Shown here piece after piece: positions 11,334-24,589 of a stretch of DNA of 64,000 nt. The notes below the pieces were generated by a model. It was not told the origin of the DNA, made no database searches, and worked only from the letters and a program-made list of their open reading frames with translations. Every line of letters begins with the position of its first letter. The stretch's first letter is position 1. The translations under genes were made by a program, and so were the position numbers. Source of the DNA: Macrostomum lignano (taxonomy: Eukaryota); assembly GCA_002269645.1 (NCBI GenBank), contig NIVC01001522.1, forward strand, positions 62,001 through 126,000, written 5' to 3'.

Positions 11334-12054
11334 CATGAGGATCACTCACAGTTCATGAGGATCACTCTATGACAGTTCACATTTACATTTTACGTGAATA
11401 TACGCTCGTAGTTACATGTTATAATTTTATGCATCCTATGGGTTTGCCGCTCGGGTAAAATATCGGTTTTGTATAAACAAATAACTGATAAGTATCCAAG
11501 AGGCACAAGTGTCATATGCGACATTATAACGCAATGACAGTGTCAAAAGCTCTATATAAGGTATGTGCCACCTATTGGTAGTTAACATATACTTATACAG
11601 ACTGCAAAACTGCAGCAAGCAATCCAAAAGCATGCAGACAAGATTGGGGAAAAAAGATAAGGGCAATGGGGCATCACCTTTCTCGTGCCCTGTTGTTGCA
11701 TGCCTTCCAGCTGCTGCTGCTGCAGAATTCAATAAAATTTTTATGGAATTAGCGATAAAATTTTGGGAATATAAAAGCCAGGATCTATAGGGAGGGGAGT
11801 CAGATCCGCGTTAGGCTTCCGGTTGCTATGTACGATTGTTGATGGTACTAAACCGGCGGTAATCCTTCAGCAGCAGCACGGAAAGTTTTGCAACACCCCG
11901 CCGCGCGTCCCATTTTTCTTGTTGTCAGGGCGTCAGAGGCTTGGGAAGCGGCGTCAGGGAGGGGACCGGAGCTCGAAAAATTAAGGGATTGTGCCAGATA
12001 ATTTGACTTTTTTACTTTTTAGTTCTCAGGCTAGAAGCAGCCAAAAATATACTG

Positions 12055-12650
12055 TTCACAAGCCTTAATTCTGTCATTCACAGCCTAACATCTGCCATTC
12101 ACAGCCTAAAATCTACCATTCACAGCCTAAAATCTGCCATTCACAGCCTAAAATCTGCCATTCACAGCCTAAAATCTGCCATTCACAGCCTAAAATCTAC
12201 CATTCACAGCCTAAAATCTGCCATTCACAGCCTTAAATCTATTCACAGTCTTAAATCTGTCATTCACAAACCTTAAATCTGTCATTCACAAACCTTAAAT
12301 CTGTCATTCACAGGCCTAAAACCTGTCATTCACAAGCCTAAAATCTGCCATTCACAGCCTAAAATCTACCATTCACAGCCTAAAATCTACCATTCACAGC
12401 CTAAAATCTGTCATTCACAGCCTAAAATCTGCCATTCACAGCCTAAAATCTGCCATTCACAGACTAAAATCTGCCATTCACAGCCTTAAATCTGTCCTTC
12501 ACAAACCTTAAATCTGTCATTCACAGCCTTAAATCTATTCACAGCCTTAAATATGTCATTCACAAACCTTAAATCTGTCATTCACAAACCTTAAATCTGT
12601 CATTCACAAACCTTAAATCTGTCATTCACAGGCAGTGAATCTGTCATTCG
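12055..12650. repeat. 21-bp minisatellite (CTGCCATTCACAGCCTAAAAT)
   Basis: Direct reading. Confidence 0.95.
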
Positions 12651-13059
12651 ATGTCGATCTGTTGTTCACAACCTTACTAGGAGATCTACATACAGATGCC
12701 CCGTCTTTTATGACCTTTCTTGTCATAGGCTAGTGGTCATTCGCATCTGTGGTTCATCACCGTGTGAACTAATCGTTCACAACTTACAATTGTCATCCAC
12801 AATGTTCACTGTCTGTCATTGAAACAAGATCTGTTGGTAAACTTGAAATTGTTTACAATTCTCAAGTCGAGTCAAGAAAATTCTCCTTCGCCTACTTAAA
12901 GTAGCAAGTCGGCAATTTAGATTTCAATTGACAAAACAAATTGCGTTTTTCGATGATGCTTGATGATTATGGTGGCATTCTAGCCGTAAAAAGGAGATTC
13001 AGTTCATGAGCAGTTCAGGTTGGAGCGGGCAAGACAGGAAATAAGGAGCAAAAGAGTGG

Positions 13060-13530
13060 AGGGGAGCGGAAAGGAGATTAGAGGGAGCGGCAAAGAGCGG
13101 AAAAAGGAGTGAGGAAGCGATAAAAGGAGTGAGGGAGCGGTAAGAGAGAGAGAGAGCGGAAAAAGAGAGTGAAGGAGCGGAAAAAGAGAGTGAGGGAGCT
13201 GAAAAAGAGAGTGAAGGAGCGGAAAAAAAGAGTGAGGGAGCTGAAAAAGAGAGTGAAGGAGCGGAAAAAGAGAGTGAGGGAGCGGAAAAAGAGAGTGAAG
13301 GAGCGGAAAAAGAGAGTGAAGGAGCGGAAAAAGAGAGTGAGGGAGCGGAAAAAGAGAGTGAGGGAGCGGAAAAAGAGAGTGAGGGAGCGGAAAAAGAGAG
13401 TGAAGGAGCGGAAAAAGAGAGTGAGGGAGCGGAAAAAGAGAGTGAAGGAGCGGAAAAAGAGAGTGAGGGAGCGGAAAAAGAGAGTGAGGGAGCGGAAAAA
13501 GAGAGTGGGGGAGCGGAAAAAGAGAGCGGG
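13060..13530. repeat. 21-bp purine-rich minisatellite (GAGTGAGGGAGCGGAAAAAGA)
   Basis: Direct reading. It produces the RKKRVRE and FFRSLTL ORFs. Confidence 0.95.
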
Positions 13531-13625
13531 TAGCGGAAATAGTGATAGAGTGGGAAACGGAAAATGGGAAGTAAGGGAGCTGATTGAGTGGGTTGGGATA
13601 TTACTATGCAAAAGTAGAATAGACT

Positions 13626-14750
13626 AGCAATCTACGCCCCCCGTTGGGGAGCCAAAGAAATGCAATACACGTTTTTTTAATAAGCTACATGTATCCTTGA
13701 AATCTTAAAAAATCTCCTGTCAAACCTTGTAAGCCTTGACATGTCAGTAACTCCCCCCACAAGCTTTAACATATCAACTCCCCCCCCTGACATCTCAGCA
13801 ATGCCCCCAATAAGCCTTGAAAATCTAAAAATATCTGTCAACCTTCTAACCCTAATCCTAACCTAACCCTAACCCTAACCCTAGCCTAACCCTAGCCCTA
13901 ACCCTAACCCTAACCCTAACCCTAACCTAACCCTAAAGCATTGAAATTTCAGTAATTCTCTCTAAGAGTCATTATAGCACTACTACAGCATTATTGCGAT
14001 TCCCTGCAAGCCTCGACATCGTAGGGATTCCCAAATGCATCTCTTCACTTCGACATGAAGCTTCTTTTATTTTTTACATTACGCTTTTTTTATCAGCGAT
14101 CCCTCCCCTGAGGAGGCATCAAATAATGTAATAAAAAGTTTTCAATAAACTACATGTAGCTTCTGGCTTTAGCCTTGAAATCTCATTTATACCCCAGTGA
14201 GCCTTGACATCTCAGCTATTCCCCCCGTAAGCCTTGACATGTCAGCGATGGCCCCCATAAACCTTGAAATCTAAAAAATCCCCCGTTAACCTTGAAACCC
14301 GATAAAATCTAACCCTCAACCCAAACCTGACCTAAACCTAACTTTAACCCAACCTAAAGTCTTGAAATCTCAGCAATTCTTCTCCCCTAAGCCTTGACAT
14401 TTTAGTGATTCCTTCTTTAAGAATCACAGCACTATAACGATTTCCACCAAGCTTTGACATCGTAGCAATTCCCAAATGAATCTTTTAACTTCGACATGAC
14501 CTTTCTTTTATGTATACATAGTGCTACTTTTATTTTTTACATGACTCTTCTTCTATCAGCGCCTCCCCCCGTGGCGAGCCAACAAAGAATGCAATAAAAA
14601 ATTGAGTAAAGTACATGAACTTTGAAGTAGCTTCTGACTTTTGCTTTGACATCTCAGAAACCCTCCCCCCGCGTAATCTCAGTTATTCTCTGAGAGCCTT
14701 TACGTCTCAGTTTTTCTCCCCAGCACAGCATTATAGCTGCATTTAATTTT
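13626..14750. repeat. Old ~465-bp unit in about 2.5 diverged tandem copies (starts near 13626, 14095, 14558)
   Basis: An AGC..CCCCC..G..GAGC..AAA.AATG.AATA block, AGCCTTGACATCTCAGC sub-repeats and the CTTCGACATGA motif recur about 465 bp apart. Confidence 0.6.
13847..13936 (-). repeat. Interstitial telomere-like (CCCTAA)n tract, imperfect
   Basis: CCCTAACCCTAACCCTAGCCTAACCCTAGCCCTAACCCTAACCCTAACCCTAAC read directly. Confidence 0.85.
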
Positions 14751-15470
14751 TACATGACACCCTTCATGTCTGACATGACGCTTCTTTTATTCTACCATGA
14801 TGCTTCTTAATTTTTTAAATGACACTTTCATTAGTCTTTAAATGAGGCTTCTATGATTTTTCATGACGCTTCTATGATTTTTACATGATGCTTCTATGAT
14901 TTTTTATATGACGCTTCTATGCTTTTTACATGACGCTTCTATGATTTTTTTACATGACGCTTCCATGATTGTTTACATGACGCTTCTATGATTTTTACAT
15001 GACGCTTCTATGATTTTTTACATGACGCTTCTATGATTGTCTACATGACGCTTCTATGCTTTTTCCATGACGCTTCTATGATTGTTTACATGACGCTTCT
15101 ATGATTGTTTACATGACGCTTCTATGATTTTTTACATGACGCTTCTATGATTTTTACATGACGCTTCTATGATTTTTTATATGACGCTTCTATGATTGTT
15201 TACATGACGCTTCTATGATTTTTTACATGACGCTACTATGATTTTTACATGACGCTTCTATGATTTTTTATATGACGCTTCTATGATTGTTTATATGACG
15301 TTTCTATGCTTTTTATATGACGCTTCTATGATTGTTTACATGACGCTTCTATGATTTTTACATAACGCTTTTATGATTTTTTACATGACGCTTCTATGAT
15401 TGTTTACATGACGCTTCTATGATTTTTTACATAACGCTTTTATGATTTTTTACATGACGCTTCCATGATT
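14750..15470. repeat. 22-24-bp minisatellite (ACATGACGCTTCTATGATTTTTT)
   Basis: Direct reading. Confidence 0.95.
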
Positions 15471-18400
15471 TTTTAGTTTTCTTGGCGTTAAAAAACTTTA
15501 ATTAAAAAAACTCTCTAAAAATCCGAACCATCGTCCCTGCATTTAGCAGTCAGTCTGTTTACCTCTAGGCTAGCTCTCATCGTTTTGATAACATGAATTT
15601 TAGCACTTCTATTTGGAGTTTCAAAACTCCAAGCATAGAGTAAATCACACGAAGCAGTTATGACATAATCAGTTTCTCAGTCAGTCAGTATCAGTTAACA
15701 ATATGGTTACGCAATTTAAATCAAGTCTGGTGCTACGCTTCCACACTGCATTTTCAATTCAAGTCGGAGTTACAATTCAGTTATGATGCAATCTATTTCA
15801 GAATCAGAATTCAACCAGTCAGTTTTTTCTCTAGCATTCTTACAATGCATTTCAAGTCGAAAAGTTTGCTTGACCTTTGCAAAAAAGCATGTTTTTCGAA
15901 TATTTAATGCCTTTAGCATCGAGCAATTTCTTAGCCTCGATGCATGTACCGTCACGGGAAAATTTCTGATCGAACAGTGCAAGTCTCATGAAAATCGGTC
16001 CAGCCATTTTTTCTCTAATCGATTGCGTACAAACAAACAAACAAGCAAGATTTTCATTTTTAGTATATTGGAAAGTATATTGGAAATGGAAAGCATACAA
16101 ACCTTAGAGATTTAGTATATTTAGATTAGAGATTTAGTATATTTAGAAGATTAGAGTGAGAATAAGGAGGTAATATCGAAGGGTTGAAGAGGTACATGGA
16201 AAGGTGAATGTAATTAAGAAGAGGCGAATGGCTGAGGCTGCTGAAGTATCAGAGGCTGAAGTACGCTCGTATTAATCAATTAGTCGGCTATAGCATTGAC
16301 CCTGCAGTGTTACAAGGAAGCGTAGCTCTATGTACACATTCTACAAAGCAAAGTTACTTTCGATCGGCAATTTTTTTTAAATCAGGCTAAAAATTAGCGA
16401 GCCAATTTTAATGCCTTTTTTGGTTGAAATCGAAATCAATTAAAATTTGATATATAATTTATGATACTGCAAATAATTTTGTTGTTATTAAATCAATTAA
16501 AAAGTAATTAAACAGACGAAGTCAAGCAGACAGTTTTTTAAATCAATTTATTTAGGTATATTTGAAATAAAGTGATTGTAGACAGTGGTATTTGAATGAC
16601 GGTGTACCAGTTTAATAGCGATAAGACAAATAAAATTCTAATAGCAGTTGCGGCTTTTTTATTGAATAAAAAATCTACAGATAAACGCGATTTAAGAAGT
16701 CTCTGAGAAATGCGGTTATAACAAAATTAATGAAATTAAAGGTGCATATATGAGCTACTTCTGAGGCTGATTCATAGCGCAGACCATTTGTTTTAAATGA
16801 ATAATTAATAACTATAAATATAATTCACTGTTGCACTTTTTGTTTTAGTAGGCGGTGCCACCAACACGACCGTCTCGCATATTAAGACTTTTTGCCCTCT
16901 GCTGCAAAACAGACTGAAAATCAATTTCGTTTGTCTTTGAATCTTCAATTTTAACAAGCTCTTCGTTCAGAAGTCTTAGTCAAATTATTAAAAGAGAAAC
17001 ACGGGGTTGGAGGCAAAAAACTATGGGCTAGTAGCAGTAGCACAGAGGTCAAACAAACAAAGTTCAAAACAGCATTTTATTTTAACTGTCATCTGAACTG
17101 AAACTTTTGTCTTTTCCGAAACAGAATTACGAATAATTGATGGTTCATCTGATCGGCGATTAACACAACGGGTATACCTGTAGATACGAGCTTTTGACGA
17201 TTAACGCTTTAAAGTTAACCAAAACCAACGCCAAGCCAAAATCAACACTAATTTATTTAAGTGTCGGATCAGCTCATAATGGCTTGGTTCTGACCAAGAT
17301 CACCAATAGCTCACATGTACAGGACACTCGATTGCTTTCGATTAACGTTTGGCCATTCATTCATGGGATGCTTTATTATTACTGATACTCGTATACTAAA
17401 AATATCGACTATAGCGGCAGGATGAAGAAAGTGGAATTTGCGCACGAGATTCGAGAACGCTAAGAAGCGAAATGAAAGGAAATATTGCTAAATACGAAAT
17501 AGCCTAATCCAAATCACACTGCGTAGTTTTAATTATTTCTTTTACTTTTACTGGATTAAGGAATTAAAACAAATTAAGCTAGATAACCTTTTTAAGACTT
17601 AGAAGACAACGACAAGTGGGTTTGGTCGGCTAACGGCTGACTGGACCGCCTGGACTGGACTCCGTGTTGTTGACAAAACAGGAAAATAGCCAATTCTTAC
17701 CGGCATATTTCGACTTCGAAATAAATATCGTCCGGACTCCGGAGTCGAAGCCTTAGCAGCAGAAATTGAGCCAAATGCGCAAAAATTTCAAACACAATGT
17801 CTTCTATTCAGCCAATTAAATAGGTTGCGTCGCGTTTTTTTCAATTTTCGGCACTCTTCCTATTTTGCGTTACGAGTATAAGGAAAGCCCCAGGGCCCAG
17901 TTAACTTGCTTGCTGGAGGAGGATAGGAAGGACACAGGAGGTTTGGATCCGGAAAGAGCTGTTTATAAAGTCAAACCTGGTCCGTGGGACTGTGGGACAG
18001 ACGGAGAGAGATAGGAAGACAAAAACTGCAAGTGAGGAGAGAGAGAAGATTGAGCTTGTGTCTCACTTCCAGGCCGAAATTTTCGGCTTTACTTATATTA
18101 GCGGCCGCGTGTGTGGGTTTTTGTGCTGTTTGGGGTGGCTTTATGTTGTGTTGCGCCGGTTTGGCTTGGAGGGGGCGGCGGGTTGGGGTGGGGGAAGTGG
18201 CGCCACCCTTTCGTTCCAATAAAGAGGCTAAAAACTGAGACCTTCACCCCGCAACCCCCACCGGTCCGCCACCCCCGTTTTGCAGAAAGAGGCCCGTCTA
18301 CGAGAGCCTCCTTCCCCTTTTCAACCCACCACCAAGATTTTTATTGCCCCCACAGTCTATAGCCCCCCTCTCACTCACTGCCTCTGCCCTCGCAGACGCA

Positions 18401-19120
18401 CCCAGGCGGCGCACAAAGTCGCAAACATATTATAACCAATCCAATCCAATGCGTTTCAGGCCCCGGCCATCCAAGGTCTTGAAGGCAAAGCGAAAAGGCC
18501 GCCCGCCACCCACAACCATGCAATTCCACAAATAAGGCACAAACAACGTGCGCCCCTGTCCCCGCGCGCTGTCCAGTTAGAGAGAAGCGAGGCGGGTTAG
18601 AGAAAAAACGAGCCTCAGTCACAAACTGAACTCAGCTCAGAGAGGGAGCTGGTTTTATTACACCCATCTGTAATAACCGCGTACCGCGTACCGCGTAGGT
18701 TGGGCCTTTTTTACTTTAGTTTCGCTTTCGCAAGCCAATAGGCGGCGTAGGAAGGAGTTAATAGGGAGAATGCAGTTTGCCTTTGCACTGTAGGTAAAGA
18801 AGCATTACTATTGACAGGGAATCCTCAAAGAAAATCAATGTTTTTGTCGTCCAAAATGCTTTCTTTGGGTCTTGGTTGTGGAATTGAATCTGAAAGCTTT
18901 AAACTCAAAATTAATCTCATTTTTTAAAAAATAGAAAACGAAAGCACATCCGCTTTAGACAGCCTTTAAGATAGAAAAGAAGTTTAGATAGATAGAATAG
19001 AAGATAGAATAAACTACTTCACATTTACCGGGCATTCCGGGATCCAGGAAGCAGAGCCCGGATAGACGGCAGTTAAGCATTGTTACCGTATCTTGCGTCA
19101 TTTTACAGGGGGCAGCCGGG

Positions 19121-19185
19121 CAGTGGCGAATCCAGGATTTTTCCCAGGGAGGTCAGCCGACCCCCTTGACCCCCCCCCTGGATCC
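19121..19185. mobile_element. Possible MITE remnant (CAGTGGCGAATCCAGGATTT ... CCCCCTGGATCC)
   Basis: Resembles the common CAGTGGCGGATCCAGG-type MITE termini. The right end is incomplete and there is no TSD. Confidence 0.3.
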
Positions 19186-20238
19186 TCAGGGCAGTGCCAG
19201 CCAAGACTAGAGTCAAGAGAAGGAAAAACCAAAAAGCCATATTTAGGAATACATTAAATTTTGTAAATGCAACTTATATGCATCTACACACAGCACACGC
19301 TACACTGGCCCACACACCGATACCAAAATACGCGGATAGAGAAAACAGAAATAAATTTGGTACGAGAAAAAACTAAAAGGAAGGTAAGGGGTAAGGGTTA
19401 GTAACCGAAGTGAGATTGTAAATCAGGCCGCACACTCCCTCCGCCGCCGCGGGCACGCCGCCACCCCACGCGCTCCAAACCCTCCCTCAACACTCTACTT
19501 CGTCTTAGCATTATATATGTATGCACGCATGTTGTGTATGTGTCTATTATAAAAGTTGAAACTCGGGACGGAGTCTCGAGTCTGTTGTTCCGGCCCGGAC
19601 CTATTTTGCACATCAAAGACGCCGCGGAGTGGGGGAGTGGGGGGTTGTGCTTAAGTATGGCATGACTTTACTTTAAGAATTAGGAAAGAATATGCAGTTT
19701 AGGGTAGAAACGGGCCAGGCAAGGCAGCCACATAAAAAATCTGCACCCCACTGACCCTTTACAGACTACTGACTGCTTACTTTATTACGGCCTCGGGACC
19801 AACTTAGACTAAGGCTTTTAGCCAGGATTTTTTTGGGGGGGGGCGTGTCTGGGGGCGCCAGCACCAGGAGCGCCAGCACAGGGGCGCCAGCTGAGCATAG
19901 CGGACATAGCTTTTTTTAAAGTTACTGTAGTATGAAATTATAATCATATTTGAATATGCATGAGCTCAACAAAGATTTAAATATATCCATTGTGGATTTA
20001 TTATTGTGAAAAGCGGAGATATGATGCTTAATTGTCAACTATATTAATATTCCGAGTTATCCAGATGACCTTGAATTTAAAATTTCAAACACTAGATCCT
20101 AGATTCCTAGATCCCATCAGCTAACAAGCATCCCAACTTCACAGCACATGTATCCCAGCTTCAGATTCCAACATTCAACATCCAACAAAAACAAATTACG
20201 CAGACCCGCAAACAAGGTCACAGTTAGAGCAGGGTGCG

Positions 20239-20570
20239 TCAGATGGCGCGCCGCAGAGCCTGGGCCTGACACCGCCTGAACGGGCCCTGCAAGGTGAGCA
20301 GCAGGACGTCCTGAACAGGTTGGGGGCAGTAGCCCTCGGCCCGGATCACGTGACCCGCCAGTTGAAGTCGCCGCGATGATGGACGGGCGCTGCAGCTTGG
20401 CCGATCGTTCAGGGCCTCGGTCTCGACGCTCTCGTCAGCTCGAACGGCAGCACGGCAGCACGGAACAGCACTGACGACGGCCCGGATCGAACGGAAGGCC
20501 GCCCAGGCAAGTCCTCTGCATGCGCATGCGTAGGTGAACCACTGGCAGCGTGCATGCGAGCTTGGTCGTC
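20239..20570 (-). mobile_element. Fragment of RTE-clade non-LTR retrotransposon ORF C-terminus, degraded
   Basis: Translation RRLQLAGHVIRAEGYCPQPVQDVLLLTLQGPFRR resembles the RRLRxAGHxxR...GxRxRGRP C-terminal motif of RTE elements. The upstream part is frameshifted. Confidence 0.55.
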
Positions 20571-20579
20571 TGCCCGTCT

Positions 20580-20775
20580 CCCCAAGCATCCTCAAGTTCC
20601 AGCATCACCAATTCCCAGCATCCCAATTTCCAGAATCCAACAGTCCCAGCATCCCCAAGTCTCAGCATCCCAATTCCCAGAATCCAAGAATCCCAGCATC
20701 CCCAAGTCCCAGCATCCCAAGTCCCAGAATCCCACCATCCAAATTCCGAGAGTCCCAGCACCTTAAGTCCCAAAA
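20580..20775. repeat. Degenerate CCCAGCATCCCAA(G/T) tandem repeat
   Basis: Direct reading. Confidence 0.7.
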
Positions 20776-21499
20776 CCCTAAGTTCCAACTTGTATCACTT
20801 CATCCAAACTAACGCACAACCCATCCGTCTGAATTGAAGCTGCAATTCTAAAAGAGGCAATAAAACCTGATGGGGCATGCGCGCAGCGATGGGGAGGGGA
20901 GGCAGAGCCCGGAGAGCAATAAATATATTATATTGTCAGCTGGCTTGTTAATGTATAATGAGGAGGTGACCCTCCACTGACGCTGCCACTACACCCAATA
21001 TAAAGTTTGGCTCGGGGTTTAGGGGCTCTGGTCGCAGCGCCCGAACAGATGGAGAGGGGCGAGAGCGATCAAGATCAAAGGAGCTGCCGACGATGAAGGT
21101 GGGGGGGGGGGGTTGGGGGCAGGAGAGCTTCCCTCTTAGGGGAACACAAGTTGACTTCAGCTGTTCAACCATGTACAGTGGCTCCAACAAGGTTTACAGA
21201 AGGATTTTAACAACTCCAGGACCACTGATGGATTTTGTTTTGGAAAGCTTTAAACTAAAGACGGATTTCATAAATCGTAAAATATTTACACCGGTTTATT
21301 GCTACTGAACACTTCTGTGTATGACATGCTGGGATAGAATAATCTATATCATATCTATATATTATGACTAGAATATATAGATTATTTTAGGATTCGTTCG
21401 AAATTGAAACTGCAAGAGACACAGAGCTTCATCAAGATGAAAAAACATTTGCTTCAATTCTAAATTGAATGCAGATTGCTTTGATGCCTTGTCAATAAC

Positions 21500-23870
21500 T
21501 CTGCCATCTCACTCTATATATCTCTGCCATGATGCCATCTCTCTCTATATCTCTGCCATCTCTCTCTGTAGTTCTCTGCCGTCTCTCTCTATTTCTCTGC
21601 CATCTCTCTCTATTTCTCTGCCATCTCTCTATTTCTCTGCCGTCTCTCTCTATTTATCTCTGCCATCTCTCTCTGTAGTTCTCTGCCGTCTCTCTCTATT
21701 TCTCTGCCATCTCTCTCTATTTCTCTGCCATCTCTCTATTTCTCTGCCGTCTCTCTCTATTTATCTCTGCCATCTCTCTCTATTTCTCTGCCATCTCTCT
21801 CTATTTCTCTGCCATCTCTCTCTATTTCTCTGCCGTCTCTCTCTATTTCTCTGCCATCTCTCTCTATTTCTCTGCCATCTCTCTCTATTTCTCTGCCATC
21901 TCTCTCTATTTCTCTGCCATCTCTCTATTTCTCTGCCGTCTCTCTCTATTTATCTCTGCCATCTCTCTCTATTTCTCTGCCATCTCTCTCTATTTCTCTG
22001 CCATCTCTCTCTATTTCTCTGCCATCTCTCTATTTCTCTGCCGTCTCTCTCTATTTATCTCTGCCATCTCTCTCTATTTCTCTGCCATCTCTCTATTTCT
22101 CTGCCGTCTCTCTCTATTTCTCTGCCATCTCTCTCTATTTCTCTGCCATCTCTCTATTTCTCTGCCGTCTCTCTCTATTTATCTCTGCCATCTCTCTCTA
22201 TTTCTCTGCCATCTCTCTATTTCTCTGCCATCTCTCTCTATATCTCTGCCATCTCTCTCTATTTCTCTGCCATCTCTCTATTTCTCTGCCATCTCTCTAT
22301 TTCTCTGCCATCTCTCTATATCTCTGCCATCTCTCTCTATATCTCTGCCATCTCTCTCTATTTCTCTGCCATCTCTCTATTTCTCTGCCATCTCTCTCTA
22401 TTTCTCTGCCATCTCTCTCTATATCTCTGCCATCTCTCTCTATTTCTCTGCCATCTCTCTCTCTATTTCTCTGCCATCTCTCTCTCTATTTCTCTGCCGT
22501 CTCTCTCTATTTATCTGCCATCTCTCTCTCTCTATTTCTCTGTTATCTCTCTATATCTCTGCCATCTCTCTCTATATCTCTGCCGTCTCTCTCCATATCT
22601 CTGCCGTCTCTCTCTCTATTTCTCTGTTATCTCTCTATATCTCTGCCATCTCTCTCTATATCTCTGCCGTCTCTCTCTCTATTTCTCTGTTATCTCTCTA
22701 TATCTCTGCCATCTCTCTCTATTTCTCTGCCATCTCTCTATTTCTCTGCCATCTCTCTCTATTTCTCTGCCGTCTCTCTCTATTTCTCTGCCATCTCTCT
22801 ATTTCTCTGCCATCTCTCTCTATATCTCTGCCGTCTCTCTCTCTCTCTATTTCTCTGTTATCTCTCTCTCTATTTATCTGCCATCTCTCTCTCTATTTCT
22901 CTGTTATCTCTCTCTCTAAATCTCTGCCATCTCTCTCTATTTCTCTGCCATCTTTCTCTATTTCTCTGTTATCTCTCTATATCTCTGCCATCTCTCTCTC
23001 TATTTCTCTGCCGTCTCTCTCTATTTATCTGCCATCTCTCTCTCTATTTCTCTGTTATCTCTCTCTCTAAATCTCTGCCATCTCTCTCTATTTCTCTGCC
23101 ATCTCTCTCTATTTCTCTGTTATCTCTCTATATCTCTGCCATCTCTCTCTATATCTCTGCCATCTCTCTCTATTTCTCTGTTATCTCTCTATATCTCTGC
23201 CATCTCTCTCTCTATTTCTCTGCCGTCTCTCTCTATTTATCTGCCATCTCTCTCTCTATTTCTCTGTTATCTCTCTCTCTAAATCTCTGCCATCTCTCTC
23301 TATTTCTCTGCCATCTCTCTCTATTTCTCTGTTATCTCTCTATATCTCTGCCATCTCTCTCTCTATTTCTCTGCCGTCTCTCTCTATTTATCTGCCATCT
23401 CTCTCTCTATTTCTCTGTTATCTCTCTCTCTAAATCTCTGCCATCTCTCTCTATTTCTCTGCCATCTCTCTCTATTTCTCTGTTATCTCTCTATATCTCT
23501 GCCATCTCTCTCTATATCTCTGCCGTCTCTCTCTCTATTTCTCTGTTATCTCTCTATATCTCTGCCATCTCTCTCTATTTCTCTGCCATCTCTCTATTTC
23601 TCTGCCATCTCTCTCTATTTCTCTGCCATCTCTCTCTATTTCTCTGCCATCTCTCTCTATATCTCTGCCGTCTCTCTCTATATCTCTGCCGTCTCTCTCT
23701 CTATTTCTCTGCCGTCTCTCTCTATTTATCTCTGCCATCTCTCTCTCTCTCTCTATTTCTCTGTTATCTCTCTCCCTATATCTCTGCCATCTCTCTCTAT
23801 TTCTCTGCCATCTCTCTCTATATATCCCTGCCATCTCTCTCTCTATTTCTCTGCCATCTCTTTCTCTCTC
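21500..23870. repeat. CT-rich 21-23-bp minisatellite (CTCTGCCATCTCTCTCTATTT), ~2.4 kb
   Basis: Direct reading. The unit varies by CT dinucleotide number. Confidence 0.95.
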
Positions 23871-24589
23871 TATACATAGTTATGTATCTCTGCCAGTTCT
23901 TTTTCTCTCTCCACCCCACCTCTCTCTCCCTTTTCAATTCCCCCGCATCTGTATTTTTATTCCCCTTTCAAAATGGTAATTGCCGAGGCCATAACTAGGT
24001 GTAGAGACAATCAGTGGCAATTGCAAAGCATCCATAAACTGGCCATCCAATGCAGTTTAATGCAGTTTACAGCCGCTAGGCAATAATTGCAGTTAACAGT
24101 CTTGTCGGTCTGCACCCTCTCAACCCTAACCCCATTTCCCAGCAAAATACTCCCGAATTCTCCCCAAAGATTACTTCCTACAACGCTCAACAGACTGCAC
24201 AGACACTTGAAATTGGCCTGAAATGTTGGTATGCAATAATCCAATATAAATAACTATTTATAGTATCTTGTATCCACGCTCGTAGATAAATCATATCGCA
24301 GATAAATGATAAATGTAATTAATCGGAAATTTGCAGCTTCGTAGTCGATTTCTGGGCTTATTTTTTCTATCGTATATTAGAAATCAAACCCCGAATACGT
24401 AATTGTCCTCGCGTTCTAAATATTAGGAATTTACAAATAATTCTTCTTTTCTTGGTTCCTCCTACTGACAAGTAGCATTAATAGGACATATGAACCGTTT
24501 TTAGTCAGAGACAACACAAGGAGTCACCGAACAAGAGACATACCAAAATGGACACGAGACAACCCCAATAACGATGAGAAACCCATAGG

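Noticed and set aside
17600-18800. CpG-rich, promoter-like region with short ORFs (CCAAT, ACCGCGT x3)
   Set aside because: No associated coding exon could be identified and the ORFs have no recognisable homology, so it is too weak to call.
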